A stretch of 63,774 nt of DNA, the filler included. It is 5 parts of 5 records of this genome, joined end to end, with 100 filler letters (N's around TTAATTAATTAA, not from the genome) between each part and the next. Parts side by side here need not be neighbours in the genome. Positions count along the whole stretch, not along the records: positions 39,718 to 55,571 come from SRR20825006_62; positions 55,672 to 63,774 come from SRR20825006_82; 3 more parts are not named here. One strand, 5' to 3'. The notes below the pieces were generated by a model. The model worked only from the letters and a program-made list of their open reading frames with translations. It ran no database searches and was not told the origin of the DNA. Shown here in pieces: positions 53,106 to 63,705 of the stretch. Numbering within the stretch: position 1 is the stretch's first letter; each line of letters begins with the position of its first letter. Position numbers and translations under genes: made by a program.

Positions 53106-54014
53106 TTATGGCTTGCGCAATGTAAGCGCGAGCCACTCCCCTTTCTCTACTCTGCCCAGAGTTACTAGTCCTCGAGCCTTATAGGCGTCGAGGACTTCTT
53201 TTTTCTGGGTCACGAGCAAGCCCGAAAGCACCAGAGTGCCGCCTGCCGCCAGTGCGTCCGTGATATCGGCTGACAGGTCTATCAATGGCCCTGCGAGGAT
53301 ATTGGCGACGATCAGGTCAAAAGGACTGTCGCCTTTGAACGCGGGATCATCAAGTCCGGCGGCAACCACGGTGGCGATGCCCGCTTTGTTTTCGCCCGGT
53401 TTGCGGGAAACACCAGCATTAATCTCGATATTCTCGTCCGTAACCACAATGGCGATGGGGTCGATATCGCTCGCGACAACATGCGCATTTGCCCAAACCT
53501 TATGAGCACCAAGAGCAAGCACACCAGAGCCTGTGCCCAGGTCGAGTATCTTGTGAGGGGTAATCTCATTCGCCAGGCTGTCTATAACCTCAAGGCAGGC
53601 GGCTGTTGTCTCGTGTTTGCCTGTGCCGAAGGCTTGGCCCGCGTCGACCTGCAAGTTGATGCCTTCCCTACGTGCCTTGTCTTTGTCGTGCGCGCCAAAC
53701 ACAAAGAACCGGCCTGCCTCAACGGGCGAAAGCAGTTTTTGGCTTTCGCTCACCCAGTCCTTGTTCTCTACGGCTGCAAAGTCATGCTGCCAATTGGTAA
53801 GGTCAGCACGTTCAAGAAGCTCTGGTACAAACCTGTCGTCGGGCTTTTCGGCGAAGAATATCTCAACCATCCATAAGGGTTGCCCGGGTTGTTCAAAATA
53901 GGACAGGGTTGGCGGAAACGCACCGCGCTCTTCGCCCATCACTTCCAGAAGTGCTTCAAGCGCTTCCGCGCGCTCAAGCGTCAGTTCGCCTTTCAGGCAC
54001 CAGATTTCAGACAT
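53106..54014 (-). CDS. prmA: Ribosomal protein L11 methyltransferase
   Basis: AGQAFGTGKHETT, LDLGTGSGVL, DLIVANILA. Confidence 0.93.
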   Translation of the reverse strand: MSEIWCLKGELTLERAEALEALLEVMGEERGAFPPTLSYFEQPGQPLWMVEIFFAEKPDDRFVPELLERADLTNWQHDFAAVENKDWVSESQKLLSPVEAGRFFVFGAHDKDKARREGINLQVDAGQAFGTGKHETTAACLEVIDSLANEITPHKILDLGTGSGVLALGAHKVWANAHVVASDIDPIAIVVTDENIEINAGVSRKPGENKAGIATVVAAGLDDPAFKGDSPFDLIVANILAGPLIDLSADITDALAAGGTLVLSGLLVTQKKEVLDAYKARGLVTLGRVEKGEWLALTLRKP

Positions 54015-54031
54015 GGAAGCTCCTTAAGCCC

Positions 54032-55570
54032 TCAGGCGCGGGTGACATAGGTATCGACAACACGTTTGCTGCCAGCTTTATCAAAAGCCACCAGAAGTTT
54101 GTTGCCTTCAACATCCTCGACGATGCCATAGCCAAATTTATCGTGAAAAACACGCTCCCCGACCGCAATGTCACTAACTTGTGGTTTCGGTTTTGGCTTT
54201 CGGCTTGTCGTGGTGGGCATATCGATGGTCTTATTGCTTCGGCCATAGCCGGACTGTTGCTGCCGCCAGTTTTGTGCGCGCTGCCAGCCCGGCCCGTATT
54301 TATCGCCGGATGAGGTATAGTATCCGTCAGAGCCACCACTGCCAAAGTCGTCATAGGTATCGCCCCAGCTTCCGCGGTTGCTTCGGCCGCTGTATAGTCC
54401 TTGCGCCGATTCCATTTCCACATGTTCGCCGGGAAGTTCTTCGATGAAGCGGCTGGGCAGGCTGGATTGCCATTGGCCAAACACCTGCCGGTTGCCTGCG
54501 AAATAGATATAGGCCTTTTGTTTCGCCCGTGTGATCCCCACGTAGCCGAGCCGGCGTTCTTCCTCCAACCCACGTACGCCGGTTTCGTCCAGCGCGCGCT
54601 GATTAGGGAACAGGCCTTCCTCCCACCCCGGCAGGAAAACAGTATCAAACTCAAGCCCCTTGGCCGCATGAAGGGTCATCAGTGTCACCTTCTCCTGCGT
54701 CTCGTTGCTGTCATTTTCCATAACGAGGGCGATATGCTCAAGATAGCCACCAAGGTTCTCAAATTCCCCCATTGAGGAAACCATTTCCTTGATATTCTCG
54801 ATCCGGCCAGCGGCGTCAGGCGATGTATCGTTTTGCCACATCTCCATATAGCCCGATTCTTCGAGCAGCATTTCTGTCACTTCGGTGTGGCTGTGGCTAT
54901 GTAGCAGGCCGCGCCAACGGTCAAAGTTATCCATCAAACGGGTGAGTGATTTGCGGGCCTGTGGCCTCAGCATATCAAGCCCGGTGATCTGGCGGGCAGC
55001 CCGCGTCATCGAAATGCCGTGGGACCGCGCGAGGTGATGCACTTTTTGCACTGCAGTTGTGCCGAGGCCGCGCTTGGGCACATTCACGATACGTTCAAAC
55101 GCCAGGTCATCATCAGGCTGGGAGATCACGCGCAGATAGGCCATAACGTCCCGAATTTCAGCACGTTCATAGAAACGCGGTCCACCCACAACGCGATAGG
55201 GTAGGCCAAGCGTGATCATGCGTTCCTCAAACTCACGCATTTGGAAACCAGTGCGGACAAGGATCGCGATCTCGCTAAGTTTATTGCCTTTATGCTGGAG
55301 GCTTTCGATCTCTTCACCGATGGCGCGGGCTTCTTCTGGGCCGTCCCATACACCGCGGATGTCGAGTTTTTCACCGTCATCCTGATCGGTCCACAGTGTT
55401 TTGCCGAGCCGGTCTTCGTTGCCTGCAATCAGACGTGACGCAGCGGCCAGAATGTGACCGGTGGAGCGGTAGTTTTGCTCAAGCTTGACAACCTTGGCAC
55501 CGGGAAAATCGGTAGAGAATTTGAGGATGTTCCCAACCTCGGCGCCGCGCCAGCCGTAGATGGACTGGTC
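54032..55570 (-). CDS. uvrD: ATP-dependent DNA helicase UvrD/PcrA (N-terminus cut by contig end)
   Basis: Frame appears open to the contig end: DQSIYGWRGA, LEQNYRS, then TLHAAKGLEF, EEERRLGYVGITRA. Confidence 0.93.
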   Translation of the reverse strand, partial: DQSIYGWRGAEVGNILKFSTDFPGAKVVKLEQNYRSTGHILAAASRLIAGNEDRLGKTLWTDQDDGEKLDIRGVWDGPEEARAIGEEIESLQHKGNKLSEIAILVRTGFQMREFEERMITLGLPYRVVGGPRFYERAEIRDVMAYLRVISQPDDDLAFERIVNVPKRGLGTTAVQKVHHLARSHGISMTRAARQITGLDMLRPQARKSLTRLMDNFDRWRGLLHSHSHTEVTEMLLEESGYMEMWQNDTSPDAAGRIENIKEMVSSMGEFENLGGYLEHIALVMENDSNETQEKVTLMTLHAAKGLEFDTVFLPGWEEGLFPNQRALDETGVRGLEEERRLGYVGITRAKQKAYIYFAGNRQVFGQWQSSLPSRFIEELPGEHVEMESAQGLYSGRSNRGSWGDTYDDFGSGGSDGYYTSSGDKYGPGWQRAQNWRQQQSGYGRSNKTIDMPTTTSRKPKPKPQVSDIAVGERVFHDKFGYGIVEDVEGNKLLVAFDKAGSKRVVDTYVTRA

Positions 55571-55571
55571 G

Positions 55572-55671
55572 NNNNNNNNNNNNNNNNNNNNNNNNNNNNN
55601 NNNNNNNNNNNNNNNTTAATTAATTAANNNNNNNNNNNNNNNNNNNNNNNNNNNNNNNNNNNNNNNNNNNN
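55572..55671. other. Artificial contig linker
   Basis: N44-TTAATTAATTAA-N44. Confidence 0.98.
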
Positions 55672-55728
55672 CACCACATTTTTGGCGATTTTGGCTCCTG
55701 GATGAACATATGCTAGTGGCTGATTCAT
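55672..55728 (-). CDS. lpxA: UDP-GlcNAc acyltransferase LpxA, N-terminal fragment
   Basis: MNQPLAYVHPGAKIAKNVV directly downstream of lpxC-fabZ. Confidence 0.85.
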
Positions 55729-55734
55729 TATCTA

Positions 55735-57138
55735 CTATTCTTTAACTTTTACTATTTGAGCCATTAGCTCTCCTTCCGTTGCAATTTTACCATTTACATA
55801 AGCATATCCTTGCATATGGCATATCCCTCTTCTAATAGGCGATATTAATTCCATTTTAAAGATAAGTGTGTCTCCTGGCTGTACTTGCTGTTTAAATTTA
55901 ACATTATCCATTTTCATAAAGAAAGTTAGATAATTCTCTGGGTCTGGAACAGTATTTAAAACTAGAATTCCTCCTGTTTGCGCTAAAGCTTCTACTTGTA
56001 AAACTCCAGGCATAATAGGTGCTCCAGGAAAATGCCCCACAAAGAAAGGTTCGTTCATGGTTACATTTTTCATTCCAATTACATGTGTATCAGACATTTC
56101 CAAAATACGATCTACTAACAAAAAAGGAGGCCTATGTGGCAACATTTTCATTATCTGATTTACATCCATCAATGGAGGTTTACTAAGGTCGTATTTAGGA
56201 ACTTTATTTCTTTTTTCTAATTTGATAATTTTAGATAGCTTTTTAGCAAACTGTGTATTAACAAAATGCCCTGGCTTATTAGCTATCACTTTACCTCTAA
56301 TTCTCATCCCTACTAAAGCAAGATCTCCAATTACATCTAGTAATTTATGCCTCGCTGCTTCGTTAGGATGATTTAAAGTAAGGTTATCTAAAATTCCATT
56401 TGGTTTTACAGAAATAGAATCCTTATTAAATGCTGCTCTAAGCTTTTCCATTGTTTCATTAGACAATTCTTTGTCTACATATACAATAGCATTATTTAAA
56501 TCTCCTCCTTTTATCAAGCCATGTTCTAAAAGCGTTTCTATTTCATGTAAAAAGCTAAACGTTCTAGAATCTGCTATTTCCTTTTCAAAATCAGAAATGT
56601 GCTTTAATGTAGCGTTTTGAGTTCCTAAAACTTTAGTTCCAAAATCTACCATTGCAGTTACTTGATATTCGTCAGAAGGAATAATTGTAATTTCACTTCC
56701 AGACTCTTCGTCTGTATATGAAATTACATCTGTAACTATAAACTCTTCTCTTTCTGCCTCTTGCTCAACAATACCTACTGTTTTTAGCGCTTCGATAAAA
56801 TACTTTGAAGAACCATCCATTATAGGCGGCTCAGGAGCATTTAACTCTATTAAAACATTATCGATTTCCAGTCCTACTAAAGCTGCTAAAACATGCTCTG
56901 AGGTTTGAATTTTAACTCCTCTTTTCTCAAGATTTGTCCCTCTTTGCGTATTTACCACATAATTAGCATCTGCCTCAATAACAGGTTGCCCTTCTAAATC
57001 TACACGTTTAAAAGCATATCCATGGTTCTCTGGAGCCGGTTTAAACGTCATAGTAACATTTTCTCCTGTATGCAATCCTACACCAGTTAAAGAAACCTCT
57101 TTAGCAATGGTTTTCTGTTTGATAACCTGATTACTCAT
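55735..57138 (-). CDS. lpxC: Bifunctional LpxC/FabZ
   Basis: GVGLHTG, TSEHVLAAL, HKLLDVIGDL; C-terminal LPHRPPFLLVD, GHFPGAPIMPGV. Confidence 0.96.
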   Translation of the reverse strand: MSNQVIKQKTIAKEVSLTGVGLHTGENVTMTFKPAPENHGYAFKRVDLEGQPVIEADANYVVNTQRGTNLEKRGVKIQTSEHVLAALVGLEIDNVLIELNAPEPPIMDGSSKYFIEALKTVGIVEQEAEREEFIVTDVISYTDEESGSEITIIPSDEYQVTAMVDFGTKVLGTQNATLKHISDFEKEIADSRTFSFLHEIETLLEHGLIKGGDLNNAIVYVDKELSNETMEKLRAAFNKDSISVKPNGILDNLTLNHPNEAARHKLLDVIGDLALVGMRIRGKVIANKPGHFVNTQFAKKLSKIIKLEKRNKVPKYDLSKPPLMDVNQIMKMLPHRPPFLLVDRILEMSDTHVIGMKNVTMNEPFFVGHFPGAPIMPGVLQVEALAQTGGILVLNTVPDPENYLTFFMKMDNVKFKQQVQPGDTLIFKMELISPIRRGICHMQGYAYVNGKIATEGELMAQIVKVKE

Positions 57139-57151
57139 TGTTATTTATCTT

Positions 57152-58165
57152 TTACTTTTTTTCTAGTTGATTAATTTTGTCTACAAGTTTTGGTAAATTC
57201 TTAAAGTGTACATACGACTTATTAAAATCTCCATAGTTAAGCGCTGGCGAGCCTTGTAAAACTTCGTCATCCTTTACATTTCTTCCAATACCAGATTGTG
57301 CTTGGATTCTAACTCTATTTCCAATAGTAATATGCCCTACAATTCCTACTTGCCCACCAATCATACAATTCTTACCAATTTTGGTAGAACCTGCAATTCC
57401 AGTTTGTGCAGCAATTACAGTGTTTTCTCCAATTTCAACATTATGTGCAATTTGTATTTGGTTGTCTAATTTAACTCCTCTTCTAATAATTGTAGATCCA
57501 AGTGTTGCTCTATCTATTGTAGTTCCTGCACCAACATCTACATAATCTTCAAGGATTACATTTCCTGTTTGTGGTACTTTTTGAAACTCTCCTTCTTCAT
57601 TTGGAGAAAAACCAAAACCATCGGCACCAATTACACATCCGCTATGGATAACACAATTTCTTCCTATTTTAGATTCTGAATAAACTTTTGCCCCCGCAAA
57701 AATTACTACATTATCCGATATCTCTGTATTATCTCCAATATAAGCGTTTGGATAAATCTTAACATTATTCCCTATCTTAACATTTTCTCCTATATAAGTA
57801 AATGCTCCTATATAAACTTCTTCTCCATAGGAAGAAGATGCTGCCATAAATATGGGTTGTTCAACGCCAGTTTTATTCAATTTAACTTGGTTATAATACT
57901 CTAGAAGCTTTGAAAACGACTTATATGCATCTTCAACCTTAATTAAAGTTGTATTTACATCATGATCTAAAACTAATGTTTTGTTCACTATCGTTATCGA
58001 TGCTTCTGTTGAATATATATAATGAGTATACTTTGGATTTGCTAAAAAAGTTAGCGAACCATCAGTTCCTTCTTCTATTTTAGAAAGTTTTGACACTTCC
58101 ACTTCTGGATTGCCTACTATTTCACCCTCTAAGATTCCTGCTATTTGAGTTGCTGTAAATTTCAT
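57152..58165 (-). CDS. lpxD: UDP-3-O-acylglucosamine N-acyltransferase
   Basis: Hexapeptide repeats, [29 protein letters not shown]. Confidence 0.96.
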   Translation of the reverse strand: MKFTATQIAGILEGEIVGNPEVEVSKLSKIEEGTDGSLTFLANPKYTHYIYSTEASITIVNKTLVLDHDVNTTLIKVEDAYKSFSKLLEYYNQVKLNKTGVEQPIFMAASSSYGEEVYIGAFTYIGENVKIGNNVKIYPNAYIGDNTEISDNVVIFAGAKVYSESKIGRNCVIHSGCVIGADGFGFSPNEEGEFQKVPQTGNVILEDYVDVGAGTTIDRATLGSTIIRRGVKLDNQIQIAHNVEIGENTVIAAQTGIAGSTKIGKNCMIGGQVGIVGHITIGNRVRIQAQSGIGRNVKDDEVLQGSPALNYGDFNKSYVHFKNLPKLVDKINQLEKK

Positions 58166-58172
58166 TTCCACG

Positions 58173-58180
58173 CAAAAGTA
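58173..58180 (-). promoter_or_regulatory. Bacteroidota -7 promoter element
   Basis: TACTTTTG (TAnnTTTG) just upstream of lpxD. Confidence 0.6.
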
Positions 58181-58195
58181 TAAAAAATTGTGCTT

Positions 58196-59419
58196 TTATT
58201 TTTTAGGATAGCACATGTAATATTTTGTAACTGGTTTTGACAAGGCTTTTATATTGAATTGATCGGAAGCTTTTGCTACATCAACAATTTTACCTGACTT
58301 CATTAAAATATGAATGTTTTGCTTGTCAATATAATAGGCTTGATTCTCAATTAATCCATTAAAAACAAAGTATTTAGCCTCATTTTCCGTTACATTATAT
58401 TTATTAATAAATTCATTTAAATGAGCTTGTACTCGCTCTTCTTTTATAGGTTTCTTTTTAATTTTAATCTTTAGAAGATCCCTTTCTAATAATATTTTAC
58501 ACAAATTAGAAAGCACAAAATCTTCATGAAATTGCCATTCTTTCATTGCCGATAAAATATCTATATCATCCAAACGTGAAAAAGTTTCTAATATTTGCTC
58601 GTTAAAATCTGTTTTACCTATTTCGTTATCCAAGAAAAACTCAAGCGCACTACTTGCATGTATTGTCTCCCCTTTTTTATGCAACTCTTTTACGCGCTGC
58701 AACACCTTAATAAGTAATTGTTCTGCGGCCAAACTTGTTTTGTGCAAATACACTTGCCAATACATTAATCGGCGAGCTACTAAAAATTTTTCAATAGAGT
58801 AAATCCCTTTTTCTTCAACCACCAACTGGTCATCAACAACATTTAACATTGAAATGATTCGTTCGGAATTTATATTTCCTTCAGAAACTCCAGTATAAAA
58901 ACTATCTCGTTTTAAATAATCAGCTCTATCCATATCTAATTGCCCAGAGATAAGCTGGTTCATAAACTTTCGTTCATATTCTCCTTTAAAAATCTTGATA
59001 GCTAGCGTTAAAGTTCCGTTAAACTCTTTATTTAAAGCCTCCATAAATTGAAGCGAAATATATTCGTGAGAAACTCCATTTACAATACTATGTTCCATTG
59101 CATGTGAAAACGGACCATGTCCAATATCATGCAATAAAATAGCACTTAGCAAAGCCTTTTCTTCTTCTTCAGAAACCTCAACCCCTTTAAAACGAAGCAC
59201 TTGAATAGCTTTATGCATTAAATGCATACACCCAATAGCATGATGAAAACGGGTATGATGAGCTCCAGGATACACCAAATAAGAAAGTCCCATTTGAGAG
59301 ATTCTGCGTAATCGTTGAAAATACTTATGCTCAATTAAATCGAAGATCTGTTCGTTCGGGATGGTAATAAATCCGTAAATTGGATCGTTGAATATTTTAA
59401 GCTTGTTTGCTGTGTTCAA
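58196..59419 (-). CDS. HD-domain phosphohydrolase (dGTPase/SAMHD1-like)
   Basis: FQRLRRISQMGL, HTRFHH, LLHDIGHGPFSH, DMDRADYLKRD. Confidence 0.92.
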   Translation of the reverse strand: MNTANKLKIFNDPIYGFITIPNEQIFDLIEHKYFQRLRRISQMGLSYLVYPGAHHTRFHHAIGCMHLMHKAIQVLRFKGVEVSEEEEKALLSAILLHDIGHGPFSHAMEHSIVNGVSHEYISLQFMEALNKEFNGTLTLAIKIFKGEYERKFMNQLISGQLDMDRADYLKRDSFYTGVSEGNINSERIISMLNVVDDQLVVEEKGIYSIEKFLVARRLMYWQVYLHKTSLAAEQLLIKVLQRVKELHKKGETIHASSALEFFLDNEIGKTDFNEQILETFSRLDDIDILSAMKEWQFHEDFVLSNLCKILLERDLLKIKIKKKPIKEERVQAHLNEFINKYNVTENEAKYFVFNGLIENQAYYIDKQNIHILMKSGKIVDVAKASDQFNIKALSKPVTKYYMCYPKK

Positions 59420-59444
59420 ACTGAATAAATTGTAAAATTACGTA

Positions 59445-59452
59445 CAAATATA
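59445..59452 (-). promoter_or_regulatory. Bacteroidota -7 promoter element
   Basis: TATATTTG upstream of the HD gene. Confidence 0.6.
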
Positions 59453-59462
59453 CATCAATAGA

Positions 59463-61010
59463 ATGAATGACATAAAGATACTTTGGGTAGATGATGAAAT
59501 TGAACTCTTAAAACCACATATTCTCTTTCTTGAAAAGAAGAATTATACCGTTAACACGTGTCAAAGTGGAACGGAAGCTGTTGAGGAAGTCAAAGTAAAC
59601 AATTTTGATATTGTTTTTTTAGATGAAAATATGCCAGGCCTCTCAGGCTTAGAAACTTTAAGCGAAATTAAAAGCTTAAAACCTACACTTCCTGTAGTAA
59701 TGATTACCAAAAGTGAAGAAGAAAATATAATGGAAGAAGCAATTGGAGCTAAAATTGCCGACTATTTAATTAAGCCAGTTAATCCGAATCAAATTCTTTT
59801 AAGTCTTAAAAAAAATCTAGATCACTCTAGACTTATTTCAGAAAAAACAACTTCAAATTACCAACAAGAGTTCCGTAAAATAGCGATGGACTTAACTATG
59901 GTGAATTCTTACGAAGAATGGGCAGATTTATATCGAAAATTAATTTACTGGGAAATTGAACTTGAAGATATTGAAGATACTGGAATGACCGAGATTTTAG
60001 AATCTCAAAAGACAGAAGCTAATACTCAGTTTGGAAAATTTATAGAAAAAAACTACGCAAAATGGTTTAATGGGGAAGATGCTCCCGTTATGTCTCATAC
60101 ACTCTTTAAAGATTTAATTGCTAAAGAAATTAACAAAAAGCAACCTACACTTTTAGTAGTTATAGATAATTTGAGGTACGATCAATGGAAAACTTTTGAA
60201 GGTACTGTTACCAATTATTATAAAAAAATTACAGAAGCTCCCTATTTCAGCATTTTACCTACAGCAACTCAGTATGCTAGAAATGCTATTTTTTCGGGGC
60301 TTATGCCTTCTGAAATGGAAAGACTTCATCCTAAGTTATGGAAAAATGATACTGAAGAAGGCGGCAAAAACCTACATGAAGCGGATTTTTTAGAAGCTCA
60401 AATTCGTAGATTAGGGCTAGATATTAAATGGGAATATCATAAAATATCCAGTTTAAAATTAGGAAAACAACTCGCTCAAAATTTTAAATCGCAAAAAAAC
60501 AACGATTTAACCGTTGTAGTTTATAATTTTGTAGACATGCTTTCGCACTCTAAAACAGAGATGGAAGTTGTAAAGGAATTAGCTTCTAACGATAAAGCAT
60601 ACCGCTCTTTAACCCAAAGCTGGTTTAAAAACTCTCCTTTATTAGATATTATCCAACAAGCTCAGCAATTAGGATTTAAATTAATAATAACCACCGATCA
60701 TGGAACTATAAATGTAAAAAATCCTTCTAAAGTAATTGGAGATAGAGACACCAGTTTGAATTTAAGATATAAAACTGGACGAAGTTTATCTTACAATGAT
60801 AAAGAAGTTTATGGTGTAAGAAATCCGAAAGAAATTCATTTACCTACAATTAACATGAGTAGTTCCTTTATTTTTGCTAAAGAAGATTTATTCTTTGCGT
60901 ACCCAAATAACTACAACCATTATGTAAGTTATTATAAAAACACTTACCAGCATGGGGGGATTTCATTAGAGGAAATTATTATCCCTTATGTAGTACTGAG
61001 TCCTAAATAG
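59463..61010 (+). CDS. porX: T9SS response regulator PorX (receiver + PglZ domain)
   Basis: ILWVDDE, FLDENMPG, LPTATQYARNAIF, TTDHG, YQHGGISLEE; conserved HD-porX-tsaE context. Confidence 0.92.
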   Translation: MNDIKILWVDDEIELLKPHILFLEKKNYTVNTCQSGTEAVEEVKVNNFDIVFLDENMPGLSGLETLSEIKSLKPTLPVVMITKSEEENIMEEAIGAKIADYLIKPVNPNQILLSLKKNLDHSRLISEKTTSNYQQEFRKIAMDLTMVNSYEEWADLYRKLIYWEIELEDIEDTGMTEILESQKTEANTQFGKFIEKNYAKWFNGEDAPVMSHTLFKDLIAKEINKKQPTLLVVIDNLRYDQWKTFEGTVTNYYKKITEAPYFSILPTATQYARNAIFSGLMPSEMERLHPKLWKNDTEEGGKNLHEADFLEAQIRRLGLDIKWEYHKISSLKLGKQLAQNFKSQKNNDLTVVVYNFVDMLSHSKTEMEVVKELASNDKAYRSLTQSWFKNSPLLDIIQQAQQLGFKLIITTDHGTINVKNPSKVIGDRDTSLNLRYKTGRSLSYNDKEVYGVRNPKEIHLPTINMSSSFIFAKEDLFFAYPNNYNHYVSYYKNTYQHGGISLEEIIIPYVVLSPK

Positions 61011-61205
61011 CAGTATTTGACATACTCTTTTTAATATCGTAATAATGCATTTATACTCATATTTGTAGAAAAACATATACCTAGGACTACATCAATTCTA
61101 ATAAACTAACTCCATGTAAGTGTTAATTTTATGTGAAAAAAATAAAAAACTTGCATTTAATAGAGTTTTTTTTCTATTTTTGACCAAACCCTCAAAATTA
61201 GCAAA

Positions 61206-61589
61206 ATGGCAAAAGCAATTGATAGAATTTTTTCTATTATCCAATCTCTTGGAATGAGCGCTAGACAATTTGACATGTCTATAGGCGCATCGAATGGTTA
61301 CACTTTACGTATGAAAAAGAATAATGCTTCTGTAGGAAGTGATATTCTAGAAAGAATCGTAGAAAAGTATCCGTTTGTAAACATTAACTGGGTAGTTACT
61401 GGTCATGGTACTATGTTTGGAACCGATTCTAGTTCCGCAGAACAACATATGCCAGAAAAGAAACTCACCTATAAAGAGGTTGAAGCGATAATAGAGCAAA
61501 AGATTAAAGCGCATCAAGAAGATGAATTAAAGAACTTGATGGACAAGATTAAAACAGAAATAAGTACTGCTAAAAACGAAGCAAATTAG
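61206..61589 (+). CDS. Phage-repressor-like (Cro/CI) HTH regulator without peptidase domain
   Basis: SARQFDMSIGASNGY, NINWVVTGHGTMF; coiled-coil C-terminus; TATTTTTG promoter element at 61175. Confidence 0.8.
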   Translation: MAKAIDRIFSIIQSLGMSARQFDMSIGASNGYTLRMKKNNASVGSDILERIVEKYPFVNINWVVTGHGTMFGTDSSSAEQHMPEKKLTYKEVEAIIEQKIKAHQEDELKNLMDKIKTEISTAKNEAN

Positions 61590-62864
61590 TTTTATTTTTT
61601 CTGTATTTAGAAAACAAAAAACGTTCACTTCTATTGTGAACGTTTTTTTGTAATAACTTTTGATGCAACACTTCTAATTCCTTCAAATAATCATCTGCTT
61701 TATAGGCACTTTTACTTTCCATAAGCCTCGCTAAATCAACTTTAATTTGATTATTTCCTTCTTCATCTTCTTGGTGAGCCAGAAAAGAGATCACTTTAAA
61801 AGTTTTAACTTTAATTTTATTTTTAAGCTTTTCTACCTTAGTGAAGTTATTTATTTTAATGGAGAGAAAAATCAAAAATAACATTACAGGAAGTAGCAAT
61901 GGAAGTGCTTGCATTATTTCGTTTTCATTTATAAATCTCACATTTACATTAAAAGTTCCAATAATTTGATAACTAACAATAATAATAGGGATTAATAAAA
62001 AATATTTCCACCAATACCTACTCGTTAAAAACCAAATAGTTAAAGCTAAAAAAGAAGTTATTTTAAGCATTGTAAACCAAAGAAATATAGTTACGCTAGG
62101 GAATTCAAATGAACCCATTGTAGTAAAACCTAAGTCCCATGTCTTACCATCAGGCGCAAATACATGTAGCTTATCTAGTAACAACAAAGAAAGTATTAGT
62201 AAAAAAATTAAAAACCCTCCTATACTCTTCCCCTTAAGGCTTTTATCAAGTATATTTGATTGATTTTCTTCTTTATTAAAATTATCTTCAGAAATCAAAA
62301 CTGCTTTTGCTACCAATTCTTTTAAATTGGTTATGTTTGATTTATACGCATCTTCATCAAAGCTATTTAATACACGTGTATAATGTTTTGAATTTTTAAA
62401 TTCATAACGAAGAACTTCTTCAGAATCAATAGCGTCTAATGTTAATCTATTCCATAAAGGATAATTTATTTTTTTACTCACTAAATAAACTAAATAACTA
62501 CATAGTAAAGTCAAAAAATAGATTGAAAATCTATGTGTTAAATCAGAACTCTCCACCTCAGAAAAAACAACAATAAAAAAATTATAAAAACTCATCATTA
62601 ACACTATAAAAACAGCTATTTTCCACCAATACCTACATGTAATATACCACAAGGAAAGAAATAATGACTGAGATAAAAATAAAAGCACAAAAAACAATAC
62701 ATCTGCACCGATTTATAATGTGTTGAATTGAATTGAAAAAAAGATGTTGTCCAAGTAGATGTGTCTGGAAACAATAGATGAAGATAAGTCATAAATGATG
62801 AACTAATAATTGTAACCACAATCATCAGTTCATATAACAAAACTCTTTTTCTTTTTAAATGCAA
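61570..62864 (-). pseudogene. Multi-pass membrane protein with duplicated domain, split by a 1-nt frameshift near 62690
   Basis: ORFs 62616-62864 and 61570-62697 join into two homologous units (LH..P...W...SV...W..T.RYWWK) if one base is added in the A6 run at 62689-62694. Confidence 0.7.
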
Positions 62865-62962
62865 AGGGATGATATTTATTTATCAAAAATAGTTAATATA
62901 TATTCTAAATATAAGAAAGCATATAATAAAAGGATGTTTAAATTTGCCCAAAATTTAGGATA

Positions 62963-63370
62963 ATGAAACAAAAAACTTATAACCTTCAAGATATTAATGA
63001 AGTAGCGCAAGAAATAATTAAAGAAGTCGCTTCTAAAATTATTATTTTTAATGGAGAAATGGGAGCTGGGAAAACTACTTTAATAAAAAAAATAGTTGAA
63101 TTATTAGGTAGCAATGACCATGTATCTAGTCCAACTTTTTCCTTAGTAAATGAGTATAAAAATAAAGAAGGCTCTATTTTTCATTTCGACTTATATAGAA
63201 TTAATAACATAGAGGAAGCTTATCAAATTGGAGTAGAAGATTACCTCTATAGTGGTTCTTGGTGCTTAATTGAATGGCCAGATAAAATTATAGATTTATT
63301 ACCTGAAGAAGTGGCTATTATCGACATAAAAGTACTTTTTAACGAAGAAAGAGTTTTGATTATCAACTAA
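62963..63370 (+). CDS. tsaE: tRNA threonylcarbamoyladenosine biosynthesis ATPase TsaE
   Basis: GEMGAGKTT, SSPTFSLVNEY, HFDLYR, IEWP; TAAATTTG promoter element at 62939. Confidence 0.96.
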   Translation: MKQKTYNLQDINEVAQEIIKEVASKIIIFNGEMGAGKTTLIKKIVELLGSNDHVSSPTFSLVNEYKNKEGSIFHFDLYRINNIEEAYQIGVEDYLYSGSWCLIEWPDKIIDLLPEEVAIIDIKVLFNEERVLIIN

Positions 63371-63510
63371 ATCACTATCTTTAAACACTTCATATAGTCT
63401 CAGAACTAGTTGTATATTAAAAACTTACTAATGTACGACAAAGGTTTTTATTTTCCGCACCCAATTTTTTGGTAGGTTTGAACCATCAAATAACCAAAAA
63501 ATATTCTATA

Positions 63511-63666
63511 ATGTCTTTGAAAAAAACAACTTTCGTTCTAGCTTCAATTGCTATACTTTCTATTTCTTTAACTTCTTGCTCTAACGACAGCGTTGCAGAT
63601 CAAGATAATCTTTACAATACACATGCTATTGATAAAGGGAAAATCGAAATGCCTACTAACGGTTAA
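63511..63666 (+). CDS. Small lipoprotein/lipopeptide precursor, copy 1 (51 aa)
   Basis: MSLKKTTFVLASIAILSISLTSC lipobox plus 28-aa tail ending IDKGKIEMPTNG; TAGGTTTG promoter element at 63473. Confidence 0.75.
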   Translation: MSLKKTTFVLASIAILSISLTSCSNDSVADQDNLYNTHAIDKGKIEMPTNG

Positions 63667-63705
63667 TTACTAATTAAAAACACCCTAACCTTTAAAAATA
63701 CTATA

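Noticed and set aside
53909-54669. ORFs 54007-54669 and 53909-54313
   Set aside because: Alternative-frame or antisense overlaps of uvrD and prmA.
55735-57138. LpxC-FabZ fusion
   Set aside because: Well-known standard feature of Bacteroidota.
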